Of a stretch of DNA of 64,000 nucleotides, positions 45,750-55,507 are shown piece after piece. A program made the position numbers and the translations under genes. The notes beneath the pieces were generated by a model. That model ran no database searches. It saw only the letters and a program-made list of their open reading frames with translations, and had not been told where the DNA came from. Numbering within the stretch: position 1 is the stretch's first letter; each line of letters opens with the position of its first letter. The stretch is from positions 8,860-72,859 of the forward strand of contig JAFVCL010000095.1 in NCBI GenBank assembly GCA_017479285.1, read 5' to 3'. Source of the stretch: Lachnospiraceae bacterium. Lineage in GTDB: Bacteria; Bacillota; Clostridia; Lachnospirales; Lachnospiraceae.

Positions 45750-46716
45750 ATCCGGATTTTGCTTTGCCTGTTCTCGATGCGGGAGTTCTGTTCTGCTTTC
45801 GGTACTCGCTGGGAGAACAGCCCTTTTGCTGCTTGAAGAGGCGGTTGAAGGTTGAGATACTCGAAAAACCGGAGGAGATCGCCACATCGGTTATTGAGAC
45901 CTCAGGTCTGGCAAGGAGGGTTTCGGCCTCCTTTATCCTCCTGAAGCACAGGTAATCGCTGAAGTTATAATTTGTATACTGCTTAAAGAGCCTCGAGAAA
46001 TGGAATTTTGAAAAGCCGGTCTTTGCGGCGATATCTCCGAGACTTATCTCCTCCGTAAAATGGTTATCGATATATTCAAGAGTCTCGTTGAAAAGATCCA
46101 CATATTCCTTGCGCTTCGTGGGCGTGGCTCCGGAGAAGACATTTTCCTGCTGGGTGTATTTTTCTCCGAGGGTAATAAAAAGTCTTAGGAGAAGCGCCTG
46201 GATCGCAAGCTCCGAGAACTCGCCGCTTCCGAAGTACTCGTTACGGATCTGGAGAAGGATGGTATAAACATCCGAGTATATATCCGCGTGGGTTTCCTCC
46301 GTGATAAGAAGGGGCTGGGACATAATGGACATTATTCTCGCAAAGCCTTTGAGCTTGGCGATGGAGCTTATGTTCATTATGAAGACAAAGCGTCTTCCCG
46401 AGGAGGGGGCAATGAGCTCGTGGATGGTTCCCGGGGGAATGATAAATATTTCCGAGGGACCGATCACGGTGGTCTCACCGTTACAGATGGCGGTGTAGAT
46501 ATTTTCCGCAGGAACAATGATCTCCATTGCCGAGTGCCAATGGGGAGCAAAGTGGTCGGTCTGCTCATTTAACCATATTCTGTGCAGGCTCTTTGCCTGA
46601 AATTCAACTATTTCATGTCCATCACTGACTGTCCTCTGGCCGGTATAGTCGTCATTTGTCGAATAATACTTCTCAAGAGGAATGCCTGATGAGTTAAGCT
46701 CAGATATATATGACAT
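45748..46716 (-). CDS. AraC-family transcriptional regulator with cupin sensor domain
   Basis: PHWHSAMEII and IIPPGTIH cupin motifs; YIDNHF, GFSKFHFSRLFK, ITDVAISSGFSSISTFNRLFK and SPSEYR HTH motifs. Divergent from GH10. Confidence 0.93.
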   Translation of the reverse strand: MSYISELNSSGIPLEKYYSTNDDYTGQRTVSDGHEIVEFQAKSLHRIWLNEQTDHFAPHWHSAMEIIVPAENIYTAICNGETTVIGPSEIFIIPPGTIHELIAPSSGRRFVFIMNISSIAKLKGFARIMSIMSQPLLITEETHADIYSDVYTILLQIRNEYFGSGEFSELAIQALLLRLFITLGEKYTQQENVFSGATPTKRKEYVDLFNETLEYIDNHFTEEISLGDIAAKTGFSKFHFSRLFKQYTNYNFSDYLCFRRIKEAETLLARPEVSITDVAISSGFSSISTFNRLFKQQKGCSPSEYRKQNRTPASRTGKAKSG

Positions 46717-46851
46717 TCAGGTGCCTTTCTTAATGCCAAGTATTCATATGTAGAAAGTATAACACATTTAACGAAAAATAAAAAGAATATGTGTCGAAAA
46801 TGTACTAAAAGTGTACACACATACGCGCTTTGTATGTACAAAAAAGAGAAA

Positions 46852-46915
46852 TAGCAAAAATTGAGAAGTTTTACGCACTATTTAATAAGCACAAAAAATG
46901 GTCAAATTTTATAAT
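46852..46915 (+). promoter_or_regulatory. Putative AraC-type direct-repeat site and -10 for the GH10-transporter operon
   Basis: TAGCAAaaatTGAGAAG (46852) and ACGCACtattTAATAAG (46873) are 21 bp apart. TATAAT at 46910. Confidence 0.6.
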
Positions 46916-46945
46916 TAGTTTAGAATTTTGGACGGAGTATGCATT

Positions 46946-48388
46946 ATGCACAGGTCTTTTACTTTAGCAAAAATAATGATCACAGGGCTCGCTGTTGCGA
47001 CTTGCGCAGGCTTTACGGGATGCTCGCGGAACGCGGCGGAAAGCAATACCGGTGAAGATACAAACAATACTAATATAGAAGAAGTCTTACCGGTCTCCGG
47101 GGATGACACCGGAGCGGATACCGGATCAGGCGAAGCGGAAGGCTCTCAGGATGATGCTGCCGGGGAAAAGATTCAGGATGCTGCCGAAGAGATACCGATC
47201 CTCAGGGACGCGGTCAGGGAAAAGCTTGGGGGATTCGTAGGCTGCGCGGTTACGGGCTCCGAGGTTGACGACGAAAAGGTATGGGATATAGTAACGACGC
47301 ATTTTGAAGCGGTAACCATGGGCAACGAGCTCAAGCCGGACGCTCTCGTGGGATACAGCGTAGGCAAATGTCCGGGAACGGAGGTCGCCGAGCTTAACGG
47401 AGAACAGATAGAGGTTCCCAAGCTTGATTATTCCAGAGCCGAAAAGATACTGGACAAGATCCTTAAATGGAACGAGGAGAATCCGGACAGAAAGATAAAG
47501 GTCAGAGGACATGTGCTTGTCTGGCACTCCCAGACCCCGGAATGGTTCTTCCATGTGGATTACGACAAGAACAAGGATTATGTCAGCGCCGCCGAGATGG
47601 ACAAGAGACTTGAGTGGTACATAAGAACGGTACTTACCCACTTTACCGGAGAGGACAGCAAATACAAAAACCTTTTTTACGGATGGGATGTGGTTAACGA
47701 AGCAATAAGCGACGGGACCGGAACGTACCGGAGTGACAATGAGAACCCGAACGAATCCTTAAGCGAGGACAGACATGGAAGCAATTCGAGCTGGTGGCAT
47801 GTTTATCAAAGCAACGAATACATTATAAACGCTTTTAAATATGCAAACAAATACGCTCCCGGGGATCTGGAACTATACTACAACGACTACAATGAATGTT
47901 CCGCAAATAAACGGAACGGGATAATGGAACTCCTCAAGGCTGTAAAAAATATGGAGGGCGTTCCGGGAGAAGGGACCAGGATAACTGCGATGGGTATGCA
48001 GGGACATTACGGGATGGATAATCCTTCCTACGGGGATGTTCAGGCAAGCATACAGCTTTACGCAAGTGTTACCGGCAAGGTTCAGATCACGGAACTCGAT
48101 ATAAGCGCAAGCGATGACTATGACGGAAGCACGGAATCAAAGGAAGAAGAAAACGAAAAACTCAGAAAAAGATACAACATGATCTACTTCTCAATCTGCG
48201 GAGCTGATTCACAGGATGGAGTTGAAGTTGACGGTATCACATTCTGGGGAACCGCAGACCATTATTCATGGCTTCAGTCAAGGTCTGATGTCGGAGGGGG
48301 AAACACTACGGGGCTTCCGCAGATGCCACTTTTATTCGACGAGAATTACGAGCCTAAGCCGTGCTTTTATGTATTCGCCGGTCAGTAA
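46946..48388 (+). CDS. GH10 endo-1,4-beta-xylanase, lipoprotein
   Basis: Lipobox FTGC and acidic linker; NELKPD, RGHVLVWHSQTP, WDVVNEA, YYNDYN, GMQGH and ITELDI motifs. GGAG RBS before ATG 46946. Confidence 0.92.
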   Translation: MHRSFTLAKIMITGLAVATCAGFTGCSRNAAESNTGEDTNNTNIEEVLPVSGDDTGADTGSGEAEGSQDDAAGEKIQDAAEEIPILRDAVREKLGGFVGCAVTGSEVDDEKVWDIVTTHFEAVTMGNELKPDALVGYSVGKCPGTEVAELNGEQIEVPKLDYSRAEKILDKILKWNEENPDRKIKVRGHVLVWHSQTPEWFFHVDYDKNKDYVSAAEMDKRLEWYIRTVLTHFTGEDSKYKNLFYGWDVVNEAISDGTGTYRSDNENPNESLSEDRHGSNSSWWHVYQSNEYIINAFKYANKYAPGDLELYYNDYNECSANKRNGIMELLKAVKNMEGVPGEGTRITAMGMQGHYGMDNPSYGDVQASIQLYASVTGKVQITELDISASDDYDGSTESKEEENEKLRKRYNMIYFSICGADSQDGVEVDGITFWGTADHYSWLQSRSDVGGGNTTGLPQMPLLFDENYEPKPCFYVFAGQ

Positions 48389-48420
48389 CAGACAATCGGC
48401 AGAAAAAGGAAACAGATAAG

Positions 48421-51381
48421 ATGAACAAGACTCTGAAGAAAGTATTAATCACATTGGCGGTGATCGCTGCATTCGTGGTAGTGAGCGTTTTGCTCGCCCA
48501 GAGAAAAGTCAAGGATTTTCACGATAAGTATGCCGGAGCGGATCTTACCATGGAGATCGAGGGAGCAGAGAGAAAAGGAACATATGAGAAGTACCTTTTG
48601 AGCCATGAAGGTGCAAATAAGCCTTCCGGGGATATTATTGTCGATATATACGACTACAGCTCGGAGGGAAACGTAACGGTTGAGAGCGATTATGAGGGCG
48701 AGGACAAAGCTTTATTTACCGATACAGGGTCAAGCGTTACATGGACAGTAAACATACCTGAAGAAGGTTTCTATAATCTTTACATCGAATACCTTGCCGC
48801 AGAGTCCAGAGGAGTTGCTGCAGAGAGAAAGGTACTTATCAATGATGAGCTCCCCTTCGAGGATGCGACCAGTGTTGAATTTTCCAGAATCTGGACGGAC
48901 GGAGGTCCGGTTAAAGTTGATAACCAGGGCAATGAGATCAGACCCACACAGGTTGAGGTTTTTGACTGGCAGGATTCATACTTTGTAGATGATATGGGAT
49001 ATGTTGACGAACCTTACCTGTTCTATCTGGAAAAGGGCAGCAACACCATTACCCTCGTGGCCGAGAATGAGCCTATGGCTATTAAGGCTTTTGAAGTAAG
49101 AGGGGTAAGTAAGAGAGATTCCTATACGGAGTATCTTGCAAAGCAGCCCTCGGTTTCACAGAGCGATGCCGCAAAGAATTATTACGAAGTAATAGAAGGA
49201 GAGGATTCCACAAGAAGATCCGAGTCCTCACTTTACGCAAAATACGACAGATCCTCACCCACTACTTCTCCGAACAGCGTAACTACCACGGTTTTAAACT
49301 ATGTTGGCGGCGAAGCGTGGAGAAGCAACGGTATGTGGATCGAGTGGGAATTCGAGGTTCCAGAAGACGGCTTCTATAATATAATGGTCAAGGGACGTCA
49401 GAACTACGCCAGAGGCAGTGTCTCGAACCGCTCCATCCTCATAGACGGCGAGATACCATTCGCGGAGCTGGAAGAGGTCTCATTCCCCTACCTGAATGAT
49501 TGGGAGTGCAAAGAGCTTGCAGATGAGAACGGAGATCCGTACAACTTTTATCTGGCTAAAGGAAAGCACACGATTCGACTTGAGGCTACTCTCGGGGAAC
49601 TCGGAGGAATTCTCTCGGATCTCGAGGATTCGACCTACAGACTTAACCAGATCTACAGAAGGATCCTTGTATACACCGGTGCCACCCCTGACCAATATAG
49701 AGATTACCGTATTGACTCTACTTATCCCGAAATAATAGAAGCTATGGATATTGAGTCAAAGAGATTATACAAGCTGGTAGATGATATGGTCGCCTACAGC
49801 GGACAGAAAGCCGACAATATCGCCACTGCCCAGACCATAGCACAGCAGCTTGAGCGTTTTGTAAAGAAACCTCAGAAGATCACTCTTGAGTTTACAACCT
49901 TCAAGGACAATATAACCGCTCTGGGAACTGCTTCGCTCAATATGAGCCAGACAATGCTGGATGTGGACTATATTACGATCACAGGAACAGATGTTAAGCC
50001 GAAGAACGAGAAGAGCAACTTCTTTATGGCAGCATGGCATGAAGTTAAATCCTTTGTTGCTTCCTTCTTTGTGGATTACAACTCAGTCGGAGATGTATAT
50101 GAGGGAGGAGAGGCCCGGGATGCCATTACCGTATGGGTGCTTACAGGACGCGATCAGGGAACGATACTCAAATCCATGATAGACGACGGATTTACACCGA
50201 ATACCGGAGTTAAGGTCAATGTTGAGATAGTTGCGGCGGATGCTCTGCTTAATGCTGTGCTTGCCGGAAGAGGACCCGATGTTGTTCTCTCGGTTGGCGC
50301 GGATCAGCCTGTAAACTATGCTTTAAGACATGCCGCCGAAGATATAACCCAGTTTGACGACTACAAGGAGGTATTGTCACATTATTCTCCAAGCTCTTAC
50401 GAGCAGTACAGTCTCGACGGACATATCTACGCGATCCCTGAGCAGCAGACCTTCAATGTTATGTTCTACAGAGAGGATGTACTTGAAGAGTTAGAGTTGG
50501 AGGTTCCAAATACCTGGCAGGAGCTTATAGAGATGCTCCCGACGATACAGGGCAACAACCTCTCCATCGGAATACCGAGCGCGGGAGGAAGTTCCTCAAG
50601 CGCAGGCGCGACCACTGCAGTAGCCTCCAATGCACCCGATCTTTCGCTTTACTTTACACTTCTCTTCCAGTACGGCGGAGACATGTACAACGACGAAGGA
50701 ACAAAGACGAGTGTGGATACCGAGGCAGGCATTGAGGCCTTCGATGATTACGTAAGATACTTTAACGACTATGGAATACCTGTTTACTTTGATTTTGTAA
50801 GCCGTTTCCGTTCCGGTGAGATGCCGGTGGGAATAGCATCCTACTCTACCTATAACACGCTTATGGTTTCCGCACCCGAGATAAGAGGTCTTTGGGATTT
50901 CACACTGATACCGGGAACAGAGAAGGTTGACGAAAACGGAAACACCTACATCGACAGAAGCGACTTCATAACAGGAAACGCCACTATGATGCTCGCAAAT
51001 GATGATGAGGTAAAAAAACAGAATTCCTGGGAGTTCATGAAGTGGTGGGCGGATGTAGATACCCAGGTTCGCTTCGGACGCGAGATAGAAGCACTTCTCG
51101 GTGCATCCGCAAGATACAATACAGCTAACAGAGATGCGTTCTCCAAGCTTTCGTGGAGTATGGATGATATAGAAGTACTTGCTGCTCAGTGGGATCAGAC
51201 GAGAGGCATAAGAGAGGTTCCCGGCGGTTACTACACAGGAAGGCATATCGCAAATGCTGTACGTAAGTGTATTAACGACAAGGACGATACCCGTGAGACC
51301 ATCATCGATTACTCAATAAAGATAGATGAGGAGATCACTAAGAAGCGCAGGGAATTTGGCATGCCGGTCTATGAAAAGTAA
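48421..51381 (+). CDS. Giant extracellular solute-binding protein (about 986 aa): N-terminal anchor, two CBM-like beta-sandwiches, helical region, C-terminal sugar SBP domain
   Basis: Duplicated WxxxxPEdGFYN and FYLxKGxxTI modules. SBP motifs GPDV, IYAIP, MFYREDVL, VPNTW, FRSGEMP and WEFMKWW. Confidence 0.88.
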   Translation: MNKTLKKVLITLAVIAAFVVVSVLLAQRKVKDFHDKYAGADLTMEIEGAERKGTYEKYLLSHEGANKPSGDIIVDIYDYSSEGNVTVESDYEGEDKALFTDTGSSVTWTVNIPEEGFYNLYIEYLAAESRGVAAERKVLINDELPFEDATSVEFSRIWTDGGPVKVDNQGNEIRPTQVEVFDWQDSYFVDDMGYVDEPYLFYLEKGSNTITLVAENEPMAIKAFEVRGVSKRDSYTEYLAKQPSVSQSDAAKNYYEVIEGEDSTRRSESSLYAKYDRSSPTTSPNSVTTTVLNYVGGEAWRSNGMWIEWEFEVPEDGFYNIMVKGRQNYARGSVSNRSILIDGEIPFAELEEVSFPYLNDWECKELADENGDPYNFYLAKGKHTIRLEATLGELGGILSDLEDSTYRLNQIYRRILVYTGATPDQYRDYRIDSTYPEIIEAMDIESKRLYKLVDDMVAYSGQKADNIATAQTIAQQLERFVKKPQKITLEFTTFKDNITALGTASLNMSQTMLDVDYITITGTDVKPKNEKSNFFMAAWHEVKSFVASFFVDYNSVGDVYEGGEARDAITVWVLTGRDQGTILKSMIDDGFTPNTGVKVNVEIVAADALLNAVLAGRGPDVVLSVGADQPVNYALRHAAEDITQFDDYKEVLSHYSPSSYEQYSLDGHIYAIPEQQTFNVMFYREDVLEELELEVPNTWQELIEMLPTIQGNNLSIGIPSAGGSSSSAGATTAVASNAPDLSLYFTLLFQYGGDMYNDEGTKTSVDTEAGIEAFDDYVRYFNDYGIPVYFDFVSRFRSGEMPVGIASYSTYNTLMVSAPEIRGLWDFTLIPGTEKVDENGNTYIDRSDFITGNATMMLANDDEVKKQNSWEFMKWWADVDTQVRFGREIEALLGASARYNTANRDAFSKLSWSMDDIEVLAAQWDQTRGIREVPGGYYTGRHIANAVRKCINDKDDTRETIIDYSIKIDEEITKKRREFGMPVYEK

Positions 51382-51406
51382 TACAGCTCTCTGAAAGAGG
51401 AACAAG

Positions 51407-52357
51407 ATGAAAGAAAAACAAGACGGATACTTAAAAAAATACTTTCAGCTGCGAAGGCATAACGCAAAGGTAGCCTGGAAGAAAATGAAGATGAGCAAGA
51501 ATTGCTATATATTTCTTGCTCCATATGCCATACTGTTTACCATGTTTTTTATTTTTCCGGTTGTGGCATCGATATATTTCAGCTTTACTTATTACAACAT
51601 ACTGGAGCCGCCAAAGTTTCTTGGGCTTAACAATTATATAAGCCTGTTGCTTGAGGATGATATATTCCTGATAGGTATTAAGAATACGCTGATAATAGCG
51701 GTGGTCACCGGACCGTTGGGATATATAATGTCGTTTCTCTTCGCCTGGCTGATAAACGAGCTCCCGAGATGGGTTCGAAGCGTAGCAGTCGTAGTCTTCT
51801 ATGCACCCTCGATTGCCGGAAACTGTTATGTTATTTTTTCAGTATTCTTCAGAGGCGACGCTTACGGATATGTCAATGCCGCACTAATGAATCTGGGGAT
51901 CATAGACAACCCAATATACTGGTTTACGGATCCCAAGTGGATGCTTCCGGTATGTATGCTGGTCATCTTGTGGATGAGCCTCGGCCAGGGCTTCCTTTCC
52001 TTCGTCGCAGGTCTTCAGGGCGTTGACCGTTCGATGTATGAAGCGGGATATATGGACGGTATTAAGAACCGCTGGCAGGAGCTGTGGTTCATAACCCTTC
52101 CGAGTATGAAGCCAATGCTTATGTTCGGTGCGGTTATGTCGATCACACAGGCATTCGGTGTATGCGATGTCACAATGCAGCTCTGCGGATATCCCAGTAC
52201 GGATTACGCAGCAAGAACAATTGTAACTCACCTTTTTGACTACGGATTTTCAAGATTTGAGATGGGTTACGCCTGCGCCATAGCTACGATACTGTTTTTG
52301 ATGATGATACTTACAAACAAAGTAATTCAGAGTTTGCTTAGAAGAGTAGGAACCTGA
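51407..52357 (+). CDS. Carbohydrate ABC transporter permease (MalF-like)
   Basis: YIFLAPY, SFTYYN, EAA-like GLQGVDRSMYEAGYMDG and MGYACA; six TM helices. Confidence 0.92.
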   Translation: MKEKQDGYLKKYFQLRRHNAKVAWKKMKMSKNCYIFLAPYAILFTMFFIFPVVASIYFSFTYYNILEPPKFLGLNNYISLLLEDDIFLIGIKNTLIIAVVTGPLGYIMSFLFAWLINELPRWVRSVAVVVFYAPSIAGNCYVIFSVFFRGDAYGYVNAALMNLGIIDNPIYWFTDPKWMLPVCMLVILWMSLGQGFLSFVAGLQGVDRSMYEAGYMDGIKNRWQELWFITLPSMKPMLMFGAVMSITQAFGVCDVTMQLCGYPSTDYAARTIVTHLFDYGFSRFEMGYACAIATILFLMMILTNKVIQSLLRRVGT

Positions 52358-52359
52358 CA

Positions 52360-53262
52360 ATGAGTAAAAAGAGAAAGAAAGAAATTGAAGAAAAGCCTTA
52401 TCACAAGCCGCTTGTGAAGAAGAGAAAGCCAAACAGATCCATAGCGGGAGACGTAGCTCTTTATCTCTTCCTTGCGCTGGTCGCGGTGATAATGGTATTC
52501 CCTATAGTTTATGCGGTGAGTTCGGCGTTAAAACCGCTTGATGAGCTGTTTATGTTCCCCCCGAGGATATTTCCCAGGAACCCAACCATCAACAACTTTG
52601 CCGATCTTTTTGTTACACTCGGAAAGTCATGGGTAACCTTCTCGAGATATCTGTTCAACACCGTGTTCATTACGGCGGTGGGAACCGCGGGACACCTTAT
52701 ACTGGCTTCAATGGCGGCTTTCGTCCTTGCAAAGTATGATTTCCCCGGAGGAAAGGTGTTCTTTAAGCTTGTTACTATAGCCATGATGTTTTCGTACTAT
52801 GTAACAGGTATTCCGAACTACATCCTCATAAACAAACTCGGATGGGTAGATACGTACTGGGCGATAATCATACCGGCATTCGCTTCCCCCATGGGACTTT
52901 TCCTTATGAAACAGTTTATGGAGGGACTTCCCACAGCACTGATCGAGGCTGCAAAGATTGACGGTGCGAATGAGTGGAAGGTATTTTTCCAGATAGTAAT
53001 GCCGAATGTTAAGCCCGCATGGATGACACTTATAATCTTTTCGGTTCAGGGACTCTGGAACAACAGGGCCTCCACATATATTTACTCCGAGGAGAAAAAG
53101 ACGCTGGTATTTGCGCTGGGGCAGATACAGGCAGGCGGAATAGCAAGAACCGGACAGGGCGCGGCGGTTCTTGTTGTGGTAATGATAGTGCCCATTATAA
53201 TCTTTATATTCTCAGAGAGCCAGATACTTGAGACTATGGCCAGCTCGGGTCTTAAAGATTGA
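52360..53262 (+). CDS. Carbohydrate ABC transporter permease (MalG-like)
   Basis: ALKP, FLMKQF and LIEAAKIDGA EAA loop; six TM helices. Confidence 0.92.
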   Translation: MSKKRKKEIEEKPYHKPLVKKRKPNRSIAGDVALYLFLALVAVIMVFPIVYAVSSALKPLDELFMFPPRIFPRNPTINNFADLFVTLGKSWVTFSRYLFNTVFITAVGTAGHLILASMAAFVLAKYDFPGGKVFFKLVTIAMMFSYYVTGIPNYILINKLGWVDTYWAIIIPAFASPMGLFLMKQFMEGLPTALIEAAKIDGANEWKVFFQIVMPNVKPAWMTLIIFSVQGLWNNRASTYIYSEEKKTLVFALGQIQAGGIARTGQGAAVLVVVMIVPIIIFIFSESQILETMASSGLKD

Positions 53263-53287
53263 TATGATAAAGATAGCGAGGAATGCT

Positions 53288-54790
53288 ATGAAGAACAAAT
53301 TTGTACGCTTCGGACTTGCGGCGCTCGGAGCCGCCGCGATGCTCCTTACAACTCCTCTTACCGCTTTTGCGGGAGAGAGTGCATATTCCTACAATTACGA
53401 TTATTGGGGCGATGTTCTCGAAAGCCCGGATTCCTATTCTGTGGTTAAGGTTTTTACTTACAGGGACTTCGGATTGGAGACAAATCTCAAGAATCCCGAG
53501 TCGATGTTTGTGTATGAAGACAGTGTTTATATCTGCGATACGGGAAACAATCGTATCGTTGAGCTTAAAAGAACCGGAACCGACGGATTTGAGTTTGTCA
53601 GGGAAATAAAGAGCATAAAGGGAACGGAGATAACGGATCTCAATGCGCCTGCGGACATAGCGGTCAGCGATGACGGATATATGTACATAGCGGACAGGGG
53701 AAACAACCGAATCATAAAGGTTGATATGGATTGCAATTATATAATGCAATTTGACAGACCTGTAGACCTTGCGCTTTCAAGCGATCTTGTTTTCAACCCC
53801 AACAGACTGGTCATCGATACTGCCGGACGTGTGTATTGTGCTGCATCGGGAATAAATAAAGGTCTCGTCAAGTACGAAGCGGACGGAACGTTTTCGGGTT
53901 TTGTGGGAGCTACGCCTGTTGCTTATAACATAACGGATTATCTGTGGAAGAAATTTGCATCTCAGGAGCAGCGCGCCAGGATGGTGGATTTCGTACCCAC
54001 CGAATATGACAATATCTACATGGACAAAGAAGGCTTTATATATGCCTGTGCCGGTGGCCAGAAGGAAGAAGACCTCGACGCTGAGACTGTACAGGCAGTT
54101 AGAAAGCTTAACATGCTCGGAAGCGACATTCTTGTAAGAAACGGAGATTATCCCGTATATGGAGACCTCTATTGGGGCGGAGGAGGCGGAATCACCGGAC
54201 CTTCGTATTTTAAAGATGTAACCGTACTGGACAACGATGTTTTTGTCTGTCTTGATATGAACAGAGGAAGATGCTTCGGATACGACGATCAGGGAAGGCT
54301 GGTCTTTGTATTCGGAGGAAACGGAAACATGGACGGATACTTCAGACGCCCTGTTTCTATAGAGCACATGGGCAATGACCTTATCGTGCTCGACCAGCTT
54401 GATAATGCCATCACTCTTTTCATCCCGACAGAATTTGGAAGCCTTATTTTCCAGGCAATGGATCAGTTTGATCACGGTCTTTACGATGAGGCGCAGGAAA
54501 GCTGGGAGCTTGTAAAGACCCTTGACGGTAATTACACTCTTGCGTATATCGGAATCGGGCGTTCACTTCTCCGCAAAGGTCAGTACAAAGAGGCTATGGA
54601 TTATTTCGAGCTCAAATATGATGATGAGAACTACTCAAGAGCCTATGCCCAATACCGTAAGGAGTGGATAAAGAACTATATCGGATGGATAATAGCGATA
54701 CTTCTTGTCATCATTCTTGTTCCCTTGGGAATAGGAAAGATAAGATCCATCAGGCGTGAGATTGATACCGCCGATATATTCAGACTTTAA
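53288..54790 (+). CDS. Secreted NHL-repeat beta-propeller protein with TPR-like helices and C-terminal TM anchor
   Basis: Signal peptide ending AFA; NHL repeats YICDTGNNRIV and LNAPADIAV...YIADRGNNRII; LAYIGIGRSLLRKGQYKEAMDYF (TPR-like); terminal TM helix. Confidence 0.85.
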   Translation: MKNKFVRFGLAALGAAAMLLTTPLTAFAGESAYSYNYDYWGDVLESPDSYSVVKVFTYRDFGLETNLKNPESMFVYEDSVYICDTGNNRIVELKRTGTDGFEFVREIKSIKGTEITDLNAPADIAVSDDGYMYIADRGNNRIIKVDMDCNYIMQFDRPVDLALSSDLVFNPNRLVIDTAGRVYCAASGINKGLVKYEADGTFSGFVGATPVAYNITDYLWKKFASQEQRARMVDFVPTEYDNIYMDKEGFIYACAGGQKEEDLDAETVQAVRKLNMLGSDILVRNGDYPVYGDLYWGGGGGITGPSYFKDVTVLDNDVFVCLDMNRGRCFGYDDQGRLVFVFGGNGNMDGYFRRPVSIEHMGNDLIVLDQLDNAITLFIPTEFGSLIFQAMDQFDHGLYDEAQESWELVKTLDGNYTLAYIGIGRSLLRKGQYKEAMDYFELKYDDENYSRAYAQYRKEWIKNYIGWIIAILLVIILVPLGIGKIRSIRREIDTADIFRL

Positions 54791-54807
54791 AAGGATGGGA
54801 GCAGGGT

Positions 54808-55464
54808 ATGTTTAAAGCCTTAACAAAAAAAGAAACTTATATTAAGTATTTGAGGTCGCTGAAGTTCGGACTTTACTGTATGAGCCATCCCCTTGACGGA
54901 TTCTGGGATCTCACACATGAAAAACGCGGGACTTATGCCGCGGCAAATACGATTTTGATCATCACGATATTGGTGAGGATATTGAAGCTTCGATATACCA
55001 GCTTTCTTTTCCTTCAGGTGTATTGGGAAGACATAAATATTTTTCTGTACATAGCGAGTATAATTTTTCCCCTTGCTCTTTGGGTTGTGGGTAACTGGGG
55101 ACTTACGACACTCTTCGACGGAAAAGGACGGCTCGGGGATGTGTATATGGCCACCTGCTATGGCATGCTTCCCTATCCGGTCATACAGCTGCCGCTTATG
55201 ATAGCAAGTAATTTTGTCACCATAGAAGAAGGTCAGTTTTACTCTGTGCTAAGCGTTATATCCCTTGTTTACTGCGCATTGCTGATAATCTTCGGTATGG
55301 GACAGATACATGCTTTTTCCTTCGGAAAAAACATTTTGTTCACCATAGCATCATTATTTGCTATGCTTGTGCTGGTATTCATACTGATGATCTTCTTCAG
55401 CATGATATCTCAGGGTGTATCGTACTTTATATCGATTGGCAGAGAATTGATGTTCCGAATGTAA
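54808..55464 (+). CDS. Yip1-family membrane protein
   Basis: HPLDGFWDL, about 5 TM helices, NWGLTTLFDGKG and YGMLP motifs; position in the cassette is consistent. Confidence 0.8.
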   Translation: MFKALTKKETYIKYLRSLKFGLYCMSHPLDGFWDLTHEKRGTYAAANTILIITILVRILKLRYTSFLFLQVYWEDINIFLYIASIIFPLALWVVGNWGLTTLFDGKGRLGDVYMATCYGMLPYPVIQLPLMIASNFVTIEEGQFYSVLSVISLVYCALLIIFGMGQIHAFSFGKNILFTIASLFAMLVLVFILMIFFSMISQGVSYFISIGRELMFRM

Positions 55465-55507
55465 ACGCGGGGAATATACAGAAAGCCTTTCACGGAATGG
55501 AGCAGTT

